Assembly: GCA_937883775.1 (NCBI GenBank)
Contig: CAKZXZ010000178.1
Location: 22,223 to 86,222, forward strand
Reading direction: 5' to 3'
Length of the DNA stretch: 64,000 bases
From: an uncultured Rhodobacteraceae bacterium
GTDB taxonomy: Bacteria; Pseudomonadota; Alphaproteobacteria; Rhodobacterales; Rhodobacteraceae
A model generated the notes under the pieces. The model saw only the letters and a program-made list of their open reading frames with translations, did not search any database and was not told the origin of the DNA. A program made the position numbers and the translations under genes. This document shows, in pieces, positions 9,035 through 17,528 of this stretch (position 1 is the first letter of the stretch; the number at the start of each line of letters is the position of its first letter).

Positions 9035-9124
9035 TACGCGCGCTTCGAACTTGAACCAAAGCCGACGCCGACGCCGACTTCGTAACGAAGTACACGGCAC
9101 GGTGCCGTGTGATATACCTTCGCT

Positions 9125-9748
9125 ATGATGATCTCGGATATCGAAGACTACTTCGCAAAAGGCTGCGGGCGGTGCGCACGCTTCAATACCCCTGACTGCT
9201 CCACGAAGACCTGGGAAAAAGGTCTGTCAAAGCTGCGGAATATCTGTCTCCAGACAGACTTGGTGGAGACGGTCGAATGGGGCCATCCCTGCTACATGCA
9301 CGCAGACCGCAACATCGTTATTGTCGGAGCGCTGAAAGACAATTTCCGTCTCAGCTTCTTCAACGCGGCACTCATGAAAGACCCGAACGGCATCCTTGAA
9401 AAGCAGGGGCCGAACACCCAGCAACCGGACATGATCCGCTTCATGTCTAATGACGGACCTGCGGAGAAGGAAAAAGCTATCCTCGCTTATCTGGAGGAAG
9501 CGAAGTCCTACGCCGAAGCTGGAAAGAAACCCCCAAAGGACGACGGCGCTCTCGATCTTCCCGAAGAGCTTGTCGAAGCGCTTGATGCGGACCCAGAGCT
9601 ATCGGAGGCGTTCCACGCCCTGACGCGCGGGCGGCAGAAAAGCTACGTAATCAATCTCAACGGTGCAAAGAAACCGGAGACGAGAATGAACCGCATCGAG
9701 AAGTTTCGGGACAAGATTATCGACGGCAAAGGGGCGACCGAACGGTAA
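9125..9748 (+). CDS. YdeI/OmpD-associated (DUF1801-type) protein
   Basis: CGRCARF..C..K Zn-ribbon-like N-terminus and a C-terminal ...LTRGRQKSYVINLNGAKKPETRMNRIEKFRDKI. GC is visibly lower than the flanks. Confidence 0.7.
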   Translation: MMISDIEDYFAKGCGRCARFNTPDCSTKTWEKGLSKLRNICLQTDLVETVEWGHPCYMHADRNIVIVGALKDNFRLSFFNAALMKDPNGILEKQGPNTQQPDMIRFMSNDGPAEKEKAILAYLEEAKSYAEAGKKPPKDDGALDLPEELVEALDADPELSEAFHALTRGRQKSYVINLNGAKKPETRMNRIEKFRDKIIDGKGATER

Positions 9749-9815
9749 AGGCTGACGTCCGGCGAGCGGCAGGGTCGTGCTGCAAAGCGGTCGAACGTGC
9801 AATTTCAAGCGAACT

Positions 9816-10034
9816 CTAATCCGATACGTTTTCTTCCAACAGAGCAGCTGGCTGTACATCCAGTGCCTGCGCCACATGCCAGAGCGTGACGATCGTGACG
9901 TTCTGCTGTCCGCGCTCCATCGCGCTCACATGCGCGCGGTCGATGCCCATTTTCACCGCGAGCGCAGCCTGGCTCATGTTCGCTTGGGTCCGATAATGCT
10001 TGAGATTGTTACCAAATGTGTGACGGATATCCAT
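9816..10034 (-). CDS. XRE-family HTH regulator (QseC/controller-protein-like)
   Basis: FGNNLKHYRTQANMSQAALAVKMGIDRAHVSAMERGQQNVTIVTLWHVAQAL. Alternative ATG at 10046. Divergent from the small DUF2285 gene. Confidence 0.75.
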   Translation of the reverse strand: MDIRHTFGNNLKHYRTQANMSQAALAVKMGIDRAHVSAMERGQQNVTIVTLWHVAQALDVQPAALLEENVSD

Positions 10035-10050
10035 CCGCCAACACATGCCT

Positions 10051-10087
10051 ATCGCGTATTTTAGTGCGACGCGCTATAATACGCGGT
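10051..10087. promoter_or_regulatory. 37-bp imperfect palindrome (candidate operator) with -10-like hexamers on both strands
   Basis: CGCGTATT (10053-10060) and AATACGCG (10078-10085) flank TAGTGCG-AC-GCGCTA. TATAAT lies on the plus strand at 10075-10080. TAAAAT lies on the minus strand (10063-10058), only about 12 nt before ATG 10046. Confidence 0.5.
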
Positions 10088-10209
10088 CGTGCTCGTTCAA
10101 GCATCGTCTGACAGCAGAAAATCGACCGTTCAACTGTCGGATGCTTGCCAGCGAGGCCGCGAATGAGGCATTAACCATTCTTGCCTAGGAACGCGTTGGG
10201 GGGACACAA

Positions 10210-10473
10210 ATGACAGAAAAAGTTGCCGCAAACTTTGCCGATGTTCCCCCAGAAAACGACTTCGTGACTGACTATGATCGCCAGCATTTGAAGCTCTATG
10301 CGCGGCTCCTCGACGCCGAAGCGGACGGCGCGCCCCTTGCCGACATCGTCAAGATCCTGTTCGGAATCGACGCCGAGAATGAGCCGGAACGCGCACGCAG
10401 ATTGCATGCTGGACATCTCGGGCGCGCCCATTGGATGGCCGAAAACGGCTACCGCAACCTCATCGCTGGCTGA
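10210..10473 (+). CDS. small DUF2285-like protein (QseM-like putative antiactivator)
   Basis: 87 aa. LYARLLDAEADGAPLADIVKILFGIDAENEPERARRLHAGHLGRAHWMAENGYRNL parallels the C-terminal DUF2285 region of the next gene (ALRTDDARRSGAALRDIATVYFG...ARLARYGEHLTSTGYRQIL). Confidence 0.6.
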   Translation: MTEKVAANFADVPPENDFVTDYDRQHLKLYARLLDAEADGAPLADIVKILFGIDAENEPERARRLHAGHLGRAHWMAENGYRNLIAG

Positions 10474-10485
10474 CCAAAACATGTT

Positions 10486-10511
10486 CGATGCGTGATGCGT
10501 TTCACGCATCG
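10486..10511 (+). promoter_or_regulatory. perfect 10-bp inverted repeat, 6-nt spacer
   Basis: CGATGCGTGA-TGCGTT-TCACGCATCG, 13 nt after the stop of the QseM-like gene and 100 nt before the FseA-like ATG. Confidence 0.35.
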
Positions 10512-10610
10512 CTCTATGCCTTTGATCCCACTACGCATTCCCGCAAAACGGGAGAATACTTCCGGGTTACCGGTCGCTATCACGCGCCGGACTATCGTGG
10601 GAGTGCAATC

Positions 10611-11343
10611 ATGCCTGGTAACTGGCGCAATGAATCCGACTACGATTACTTCGACACACTCGATCTTGGCGGCCTCGCCTGGGAATGCTTGAGACGCAAT
10701 GCGCGCTACCGCGCTGCATATCCGGCGATGTCCAGGCGCCGCGCGCTGACATGGGGGTTGCGATTTCCCTGTCGATCCAGAGCGCGACGCGACCAGCGCG
10801 ACGGTGCTCTGGACGCCCGCGGCGGCTCCGGCAGTCGCGACCGTCATCACCGAGCCTCCGGCCGAAGCACGCACCGACAGTGCCGTCCTGCGCAGCGGAT
10901 CTGCCCTCCCAGATAAATCGAGCCAGGACGGATGGCAGGTGCTGGTTGGCGGCATCGTCGCGGTCTCGACAGCCTCCGAAGACACCGATCACGCCATCGC
11001 AATTGTCATCCCGGTCGACGATGACTGGCACGTCCGGCTCAAAGCCGCTCAGCACTTGCGCGACATCCTGATCTGTAAACAACCAAAAAGGCGGCTCACG
11101 CAGCAACGCCGAACGCGCATCGCGCGAGCGCTTCGGACCGATGATGCGCGGCGATCCGGGGCCGCCTTACGCGACATCGCAACCGTCTATTTCGGGCAGG
11201 TTCGCGTCGCCGAGGAGCCGTGGAAAACAAGTGCCCTTAAAGCGCAAACAGCGCGTCTCGCCCGCTATGGCGAGCACCTGACCAGCACCGGGTATCGGCA
11301 AATCCTGCGCGGTGAGACTGCGAGCCGACCGCGCCTTCGCTGA
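10611..11343 (+). CDS. FseA-like activator (N-terminal DUF6499-type plus C-terminal DUF2285), needs a +1 frame change near 10767-10771
   Basis: Frame 0 from ATG 10611 (GGGAG SD) reads MPGNWRNESDYDYFDTLDLGGLAWECLRRNARYRAAYPAMSRRRALTWGLRFP. The +1 frame from 10771 reads VDPERDATSATVLWTPAAAP...RALRTDDARRSGAALRDIATVYFG...GYRQILRGE and stops at 11343. Confidence 0.6.
10764..10773 (+). other. putative +1 frameshift site TTT CCC T GTC
   Basis: The 0-frame reads TTT CCC TGT CGA. The +1 frame reads (CCC)T GTC GAT CCA GAG. The +1 frame is open only from 10750, after TGA 10747-10749. The 0-frame continues with Arg/Ser-rich nonsense to 10916. Confidence 0.5.
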
Positions 11344-11507
11344 CATCATCTTCTCGTTTTCCCTGCGCATCTCACATCACTTCAATGGGGGTGACGATTT
11401 CTTACCGAAATCTTCGTCATCCCTCCCGGGCGCTCTTCTCCGCTTCTCTGGCCGCGAGCCGTCCCTCGCATCCCGCGACGGACCCGCGATGACCAGAGGA
11501 GCCCCCG

Positions 11508-11792
11508 ATGCCCGATCCCAATGCCGGCCTGCCGCCGCGCTATCTCAGAACCCCCGAAGCCGCCCGCTTTCTCGGCCTGTCCGGTCGCACGCTGGAGAAG
11601 CACCGCACCTACGGCACTGGCCCAAAGTATTCCAAGATCGGCGGACGTGTCGTTTACGCGGTCGATGATTTGCAAGCCTGGGTCGGCCGCGGCGAGAAAC
11701 ACTCGACCTCGGACGACACCGGCGACACCGTGCTTCCCGCCAAACGGCATGCCGCCATTTCGCCAGCCTATAGTGGCGAGAAGCGCTCATGA
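11508..11792 (+). CDS. excisionase-family HTH protein (RdfS-like recombination directionality factor)
   Basis: RYLRTPEAARFLGLSGRTLEKHRTYGTGPKYSKIGGRVVYAVDDLQAWV is a MerR/excisionase-type HTH. First gene of the traF-relaxase cluster; ATGA overlap with the next gene. Confidence 0.7.
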   Translation: MPDPNAGLPPRYLRTPEAARFLGLSGRTLEKHRTYGTGPKYSKIGGRVVYAVDDLQAWVGRGEKHSTSDDTGDTVLPAKRHAAISPAYSGEKRS

Positions 11793-12253
11793 GGGGGCGC
11801 ACGACCATCGAACTCACGTGGATCGAAGGCCGCATCGAGCGCTGGCTGCGCTTCGGTCGCATTGTTCAGGAGACGATTCTGAGCCGGTCCGTCCGGGTCG
11901 TCGGTGTCGATTCCAGCAGCATATTTGCCTTCGTCCGTTGGGCCGCGAACGACTACGGCACGGTCGAGAGCCGCATCGACATTCTGCAAGCCGTCCGCCC
12001 CGGCGACCGCTATTCGACGGTGCCGTTTGTCACGCCCGGTGGCGCATCGCTTTTGCGGCTTTCTGGCTGGACGAAGGTCGAGGCTGTGCTGCTCGCCATC
12101 GACCAGATCGAGGCCGAAAACATCGCACCGGAGGACGTCTGTCCCGACCACTGGCGGCACGTCCACAACCGCATCAGCTGCAATCTCGAGCCGCGTCCTT
12201 ACACGCCTTTCCGGCATGACGCTTGGCTCAAACGTCGGGCGCTGGCGGCATGA
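11789..12253 (+). CDS. DUF2840 domain protein
   Basis: ELTWIEGRIERWLRFG...FAFVRWAANDYGTVESRIDILQAVRPG...PDHWRHVHNRI are conserved DUF2840 motifs. Confidence 0.75.
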   Translation: MRGRTTIELTWIEGRIERWLRFGRIVQETILSRSVRVVGVDSSSIFAFVRWAANDYGTVESRIDILQAVRPGDRYSTVPFVTPGGASLLRLSGWTKVEAVLLAIDQIEAENIAPEDVCPDHWRHVHNRISCNLEPRPYTPFRHDAWLKRRALAA

Positions 12254-12762
12254 AACGCGCGCGCGCCTCGCTTCTCATCGGCAGCGCCGGTATCGCCTTG
12301 ATCGCGTTCTCCGCGATCGTCCGCGCCAACCCGATCTTGGTCTGGAACGCATCCGCCAGCGTGCCGATCGGCTTCTACGCCGTGCAGCCGCTCGACGGGC
12401 CAAGTGTTGGCGATCTCGTTGTCTTAGAGCCGCCGTTACCGCTCGGCGACTGGCTCCTGGAGCACGGCTACCTCGGTGCCGACGTGCCGCTCATCAAACA
12501 CGTCGCCGCACTTCCCGGACAGCGTGTCTGCCGTGTCGGCGTCACGGTCAGCATCGACGGCGAGACCGTCGCGACCGCAAAAGAGCGCGACCGCTTCGAC
12601 CGTCCACTGCCCGTCTGGCAGGGCTGCCTACGGCTCACCGACGACCAGATATTCTTCCTCAATCCCGACACCGGGGCGAGCCTCGACGGACGGTATTTCG
12701 AGCCGCTGCCGCGCAAAACGATCATTGGCCGCGCCGTCCCGATCTGGATACGGGAGGGCTGA
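12250..12762 (+). CDS. traF: conjugative transfer signal peptidase TraF (S26 family)
   Basis: Start at the ATGA overlap (12250). TM leader, then LVWNASASVPIGFY...KHVAALPGQRV...LNPDTGASLDGRYFEPLP. Confidence 0.85.
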   Translation: MKRARASLLIGSAGIALIAFSAIVRANPILVWNASASVPIGFYAVQPLDGPSVGDLVVLEPPLPLGDWLLEHGYLGADVPLIKHVAALPGQRVCRVGVTVSIDGETVATAKERDRFDRPLPVWQGCLRLTDDQIFFLNPDTGASLDGRYFEPLPRKTIIGRAVPIWIREG

Positions 12763-12766
12763 TCGG

Positions 12767-13516
12767 ATGGCCTTCCTTCACACTTCAGGCCGTTGCTTCG
12801 TCACCGCGTCCGCGATCCTGATCACGCTTTCCGGTTGCGCCAATCCGCCCTCCGCCGACGCACAAGACACGGTCTTGCGCTCAGCAGAGACCGCCGCGCC
12901 GACGTCCGTTGTCGACGCTTACATTGCAGAAGCGGCGCAACGCTTCCGCATCCCCGAGCGCTGGATACGCGCCGTCATGCAAGCCGAAAGCGCGGGCGAT
13001 GCGCGCGCCGTCAGCAGCGCCGGTGCGATGGGTCTCATGCAGATCATGCCCGGCACTTGGACCGAGCTTCGTACAGCCCATGGCCTTGGCGCGGACCCGT
13101 TCGATCGACGCGAGAACATCCTCGCGGGCGCGGCCTATCTGCGCCAGATGTATGACCAGTTCGGAGCGCCGGGGTTTTTGGCTGCCTACAATGCCGGACC
13201 CGGACGGTACGCCGAGCACCTGCGCACCGGGCGCAGCTTGCCGCGTGAAACGCGCCGCTATGTTGCAGCACTTTCGCAAGAGCTCGGTTTTTCGGATGCA
13301 GTGCCGTTGCAGCCGATCCGCACCATTTCTGCCGCCCGATGGCAAGCCGCGCCACTCTTTGCGCCTGTTTCCGCGTCGCGTGAACCGCAGCGTACTGCAG
13401 AGCCAGACCGCACATCGGCCAGTGTTCCGACTACCAAAGAACCTAACCTGCTGGGTTCACAGAACAGCCAACCGAACCCGCTGTTCGTCACCAGAACCGG
13501 GGAGCCAGACCGATGA
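12767..13516 (+). CDS. lytic transglycosylase (SLT domain) lipoprotein
   Basis: ATG 12767. Lipobox LSGC. IPERWIRAVMQAESAGDARAVSSAGAMGLMQIMPGTW...AYNAGPGRY are the SLT catalytic motifs. Confidence 0.85.
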   Translation: MAFLHTSGRCFVTASAILITLSGCANPPSADAQDTVLRSAETAAPTSVVDAYIAEAAQRFRIPERWIRAVMQAESAGDARAVSSAGAMGLMQIMPGTWTELRTAHGLGADPFDRRENILAGAAYLRQMYDQFGAPGFLAAYNAGPGRYAEHLRTGRSLPRETRRYVAALSQELGFSDAVPLQPIRTISAARWQAAPLFAPVSASREPQRTAEPDRTSASVPTTKEPNLLGSQNSQPNPLFVTRTGEPDR

Positions 13517-13763
13517 TCGCGGCGATCCGGCTCCGCCCCGTTCTGTCGTGCGGCTTCGTATGGAATGCGGCAGACGGTGGATTTCCACCAATATCAACGA
13601 CGAGAGGGCAAGATAAAAGGCCGGACGCGCAAGGCGTCTACGGCGTTGTTGTTGTTGGGTTTTCTGCGTGCTGCGCACTTGGTCACAGTGCTACACTTAC
13701 GGCTATCTCTCTGATTACGCTCCGCTTTCACCGTGCCACACCTGATTTTGTGGTCGCCTGCAC

Positions 13764-15509
13764 ATGAGCGGGCGCGAGAATGACATCCGCATCAAGCCCG
13801 GGCGCATTCGCGACAAAGGTCCATCGGCCAAGCGCGCGCAAAGCTTCGTCGGTCAGGTTATGCAGGCCTCCCGGAAGGCGGGACATACCGGCTATCGCTT
13901 CAACGGACCCAAGGGCAGCTCGCGCTTCTGGCGCGGGAAATTCGTCCGTACTGCACGGGGCCTGTCCAATGCGAGGCGGCGTGTTGTCGTCAAGGCCCGA
14001 GTAGTCAGACATCGCGGCCAGAAGTTCCGGTCCGCACCACTCGCCAAGCATCTCGACTATCTGAAGCGGGAGGGCGTCACCAGGGACGGCCGGGATGCGG
14101 CCATGTTCGACAAGGAGCTTGAACAGGTCGACGACCGCGCCTTCGCCGCCAGCACCGAAGACGACCGGCATCACTTCCGCTTCATCGTCTCGCCGGAAGA
14201 CGCCGGGCAGATGGAAGACCTGCGCGCCTTCATCCGCGACCTCATAGCTCAGGCCGAGCGCGATCTCGGCACCGAACTCGAATGGGTCGCAGTCGATCAT
14301 TGGAACACCGACAATCCGCATGTCCATGTGCTGGTGCGCGGCAAGGCGGATGACGGGAAAGACCTCGTCATCTCGCGCGACTATATCAGCTGCGGTCTGC
14401 GCGCACGCGCCGAAGAGCTCGTCGAGCTCGAACTCGGACCGCGCAGCGAGAAGGAGATCGCCACCGGACTCGATGCAGAGGTGAAGGCCGAGCGCTGGAC
14501 GGGTCTGGATCGGGCCTTGCGGTCCTATGCCGATGACACGCTCGGTGTCGCCGACTTGCGGCCCGGCGCGCCCGACCTCGACGACAAAGAGCTGAAGCGT
14601 CGAATGATCGGGCGTGCGCAGACCTTGGAACGGTTCGGCCTTGCCGAAAAGCTCGTGCCGTCTGTCTGGCAGCTGAAACCGGGAATGGAAGACACTCTGC
14701 GCGAGATGGCCACGCGCGGCGATATCATCAAAACGATGCATCGGGCGATGGGCGGCCACACCCGCGCGCCATCCGACTTCGCCATTGAGGGACAGCCGGA
14801 AAGCCCGATCCTCGGCAAGCTCGTCGATCGCGGGCTACACAACGAACTCTCCGGCGAGGCCTACGCAATCATCGACGGCGTCGATGGGCGCCTCCATCAC
14901 CTGCGCTTCCGCGATCTCGATCTCACCGGCGATACGCCGGTCGGCGGGATCGTCGAGACGCGGAGCTGGGCCGGGAAGGATGGAGGAGCGCGACGCTTGG
15001 CTTTGGTCGGGCGGTCGGACATCTCGCTCGACAAACAGGTGGATGCGGATGGTGCGACCTGGGTCGATCGATTGGCGCTCGCCAAGACACACGCGCCGCT
15101 GGCGCAGAGCGGGTTCGGAGCCGAGGTCCGCGACGCTTTGGAGAAGCGTGCAGAGCATCTGGTCGGCCAGGGTCTCGCGACGCACCGAGGTCAGCGCGTC
15201 ACCTTCGCGCGCGATCTCCTGCAAGCGCTGCGCCAGCGCGATCTCGATAGAGCTGCAAGCAAGATCGCAGACGATACTGGACTGCCATTCCGAAAGTCCG
15301 GAGACGGCGAGACCGTGGCTGGCACTTACCGCCAACGCCACGACCTCGCCTCGGGACGTTTCGCCATGATCGATGACGGCATGGGCTTCGAACTCGTGCC
15401 CTGGAAACCCCAGCTCGAAAAGCATCTCGGCCAGACCGTCTCGGGAACGGTCACGGCGGGCGGTGGCATCGACTGGTCGCTCGGCCGCAAGCGCGGCCTC
15501 TCGATCTGA
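13764..15509 (+). CDS. relaxase/mobilisation nuclease with DUF3363 (RlxS-like)
   Basis: IRIKPGRIRDKG...HWNTDNPHVHVLVRG is the His-triad of MOB relaxases. 581 aa. Confidence 0.85.
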   Translation: MSGRENDIRIKPGRIRDKGPSAKRAQSFVGQVMQASRKAGHTGYRFNGPKGSSRFWRGKFVRTARGLSNARRRVVVKARVVRHRGQKFRSAPLAKHLDYLKREGVTRDGRDAAMFDKELEQVDDRAFAASTEDDRHHFRFIVSPEDAGQMEDLRAFIRDLIAQAERDLGTELEWVAVDHWNTDNPHVHVLVRGKADDGKDLVISRDYISCGLRARAEELVELELGPRSEKEIATGLDAEVKAERWTGLDRALRSYADDTLGVADLRPGAPDLDDKELKRRMIGRAQTLERFGLAEKLVPSVWQLKPGMEDTLREMATRGDIIKTMHRAMGGHTRAPSDFAIEGQPESPILGKLVDRGLHNELSGEAYAIIDGVDGRLHHLRFRDLDLTGDTPVGGIVETRSWAGKDGGARRLALVGRSDISLDKQVDADGATWVDRLALAKTHAPLAQSGFGAEVRDALEKRAEHLVGQGLATHRGQRVTFARDLLQALRQRDLDRAASKIADDTGLPFRKSGDGETVAGTYRQRHDLASGRFAMIDDGMGFELVPWKPQLEKHLGQTVSGTVTAGGGIDWSLGRKRGLSI

Positions 15510-15524
15510 GCACCGGAGCATTTG

Positions 15525-17519
15525 ATGACCTCGAAGAAACACGCATCGCCCGCCACCGCCATCCTCTGGGGCCAGATCTTCATCGTCTCGACGGTCGCGC
15601 TGCTCTTCGTCTGGGCGGCGACGCAATGGGTAGCGTTCCGGCTCGGCTTCCAATCCGAGCTCGGCGAGCCGATGACGACAATCCTCGGTCTACCGATCTA
15701 CGCGCCTTGGAATGTCTTCGTCTGGTGGTACTGGTACGACGCTTATGCCCCGCGCGTCTTCATGGAAGGCGCGATCATCGCCGGCGCGGGTGGCATCGCT
15801 TCTGTTGGCGTCGCGATCTTTCTCTCCGTCCTGCGCGCCCGCGAAGCGAGCAATGTCACGACCTATGGCTCCGCCCGGTGGGGCACCGAGAAGGATATAC
15901 GCGACGCCGGATTGTTCGTGAACGATGGTGTCGTGCTCGGGCGCTACCAGTCCCGCTATCTCCGCCACGACGGACCCGAGCACGTGCTGTGCTTCGCCCC
16001 GACGCGCTCGGGCAAGGGCGTCGGGTTAGTGGTCCCGTCGCTCCTGACCTGGCCGGGCTCCGCCATCGTCCACGACATCAAGGGCGAGAACTGGCAGCTC
16101 ACGGCGAACTATCGTTCGCGCTTCAGCCGCGTGCTGCTCTTCGATCCGACCGATCCGACCTCGGCCGCCTACAATCCGCTGCTCGAAGTGCGCCGGGGCG
16201 ACAGCGAAGTGCGCGACGTCCAGAACGTTGCCGACATCCTGGTCGATCCCGAAGGCCTACTCGAACGACGGAACCATTGGGAGAAGACGAGCCACTCGCT
16301 GCTGGTCGGTGCGATCCTGCACGTCCTCTACGCCGAGGCCGACAAGACGCTGGCTGGTGTCGCGGCCTTTCTCTCCGATCCGAAGCGTTCGATCGAGTCG
16401 ACATTGGCGGCGATGATGCGCACGCCGCATATCGGCGATCACCCGCATCCCGTCGTCGCGCAGGCCGCGCGCGAGCTTCTGAACAAGTCCGAGAACGAAC
16501 GATCGGGAGTCCTTTCCACCGCGATGAGTTTCCTCGGGCTCTATCGCGATCCGGTCGTGGCCAAAGTCACGCGCCGCTGCGATTGGCGGATCGATGATCT
16601 GGCGACAGGCGACAGACCAGTAACGCTCTATCTCGTGGTGCCGCCGTCCGACATCTCGCGGACCAAGCCGCTTATCCGGCTCGTGCTCAATCAAATCGGC
16701 CGCCGTCTCACCGAGGACCTGCACGCGAAGCGCAGCCACCGCATGCTGCTCATGCTCGACGAGTTCCCGGCGCTCGGACGCCTCGACTTCTTCGAGAGCC
16801 AGCTGGCCTTCATGGCCGGCTATGGGATCAAAGCATTCCTGATCGCGCAATCGCTCAACCACATCGAGAAGGCCTACGGGCAGAACAATGCCATCCTCGA
16901 CAATTGCCATGTGCGCATCGCCTTCGCGACGAATGACGAGCGCACCGCGAAGCGGGTGTCCGACGCGCTCGGCACGGCAACCGAGATGCGGGCGATGAAG
17001 AACTATGCCGGTCATCGGCTCTCGCCCTGGCTGGGGCATCTTATGGTCTCGCGGCAAGAGACGGCGCGACCGTTGCTGACACCCGGCGAGATGATGCAGC
17101 TTCCGCCGACGGACGAGATTGTACTCGTCTCAGGCGCACCGCCGGTCCGCGCGGAGAAGGCGCGCTACTACACCGATCCACAGTTCAAAGCACGGATTGG
17201 TCCTCCGCCGCATCATAATGCGCAAGCCGGAGTGGTCGGCAGCATGACGGACGATTGGAGCCACCGCGGACCTATCGCCGCGCCCCCGCCCAAAAAACGG
17301 AAGGGATCGAGCGACGATGCCGATGGCGGCATCCGGCGGCAACCCGATCTCCCGGAACATGAAGACATCGCGCCCGAACCCGCTCCGGCACGGAGCGAGT
17401 TTGCCGATCTCGACGACGAACCGGACGATGATGCACAACGCCCAAAGGCCATGCGCGACCGGTTCGGCACGGTCGCGCGGCAGGCCTCGCTCGATCCCGA
17501 TGACGGGATCGAGCTCTAG
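15525..17519 (+). CDS. traG: type IV coupling protein TraG (VirD4 family)
   Basis: Two N-terminal TM helices. Walker A FAPTRSGKGVGLVVPS. LMLDEFPALGR (Walker B). 664 aa from ATG 15525. Confidence 0.9.
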   Translation: MTSKKHASPATAILWGQIFIVSTVALLFVWAATQWVAFRLGFQSELGEPMTTILGLPIYAPWNVFVWWYWYDAYAPRVFMEGAIIAGAGGIASVGVAIFLSVLRAREASNVTTYGSARWGTEKDIRDAGLFVNDGVVLGRYQSRYLRHDGPEHVLCFAPTRSGKGVGLVVPSLLTWPGSAIVHDIKGENWQLTANYRSRFSRVLLFDPTDPTSAAYNPLLEVRRGDSEVRDVQNVADILVDPEGLLERRNHWEKTSHSLLVGAILHVLYAEADKTLAGVAAFLSDPKRSIESTLAAMMRTPHIGDHPHPVVAQAARELLNKSENERSGVLSTAMSFLGLYRDPVVAKVTRRCDWRIDDLATGDRPVTLYLVVPPSDISRTKPLIRLVLNQIGRRLTEDLHAKRSHRMLLMLDEFPALGRLDFFESQLAFMAGYGIKAFLIAQSLNHIEKAYGQNNAILDNCHVRIAFATNDERTAKRVSDALGTATEMRAMKNYAGHRLSPWLGHLMVSRQETARPLLTPGEMMQLPPTDEIVLVSGAPPVRAEKARYYTDPQFKARIGPPPHHNAQAGVVGSMTDDWSHRGPIAAPPPKKRKGSSDDADGGIRRQPDLPEHEDIAPEPAPARSEFADLDDEPDDDAQRPKAMRDRFGTVARQASLDPDDGIEL

Positions 17520-17528
17520 GAGACGACC

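Noticed and set aside
9061-9110. (GCCGAC)x3 microsatellite, CTTCG-TAA-CGAAG, and the 9-bp dyad ACACGGCAC-G-GTGCCGTGT upstream of the YdeI-like gene
   Set aside because: These are real in the sequence but short. The dyad could be an operator for the inserted ydeI-like gene, but I have no supporting context. They are noted only as low-value repeats.
11904-12821. 305-aa plus-strand ORF overlapping DUF2840, traF and the transglycosylase start
   Set aside because: It is an extremely Arg/Pro/Ser-rich alternative frame. The three annotated frames carry recognisable conserved motifs and coupled ATGA junctions.
13728-14759. 343-aa ORF antisense to the relaxase gene
   Set aside because: A shadow ORF typical of high-GC DNA. 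Its composition is Arg/Gly/Pro-rich with no motifs, and it lies entirely within a gene with strong relaxase motifs on the other strand.
14835-17057. 272-aa (14835..15653) and 266-aa (16257..17057) minus-strand ORFs
   Set aside because: They are antisense to the relaxase and TraG genes and have low-complexity Arg/Asp/Glu composition. The sense-strand genes have Walker and His-triad motifs.
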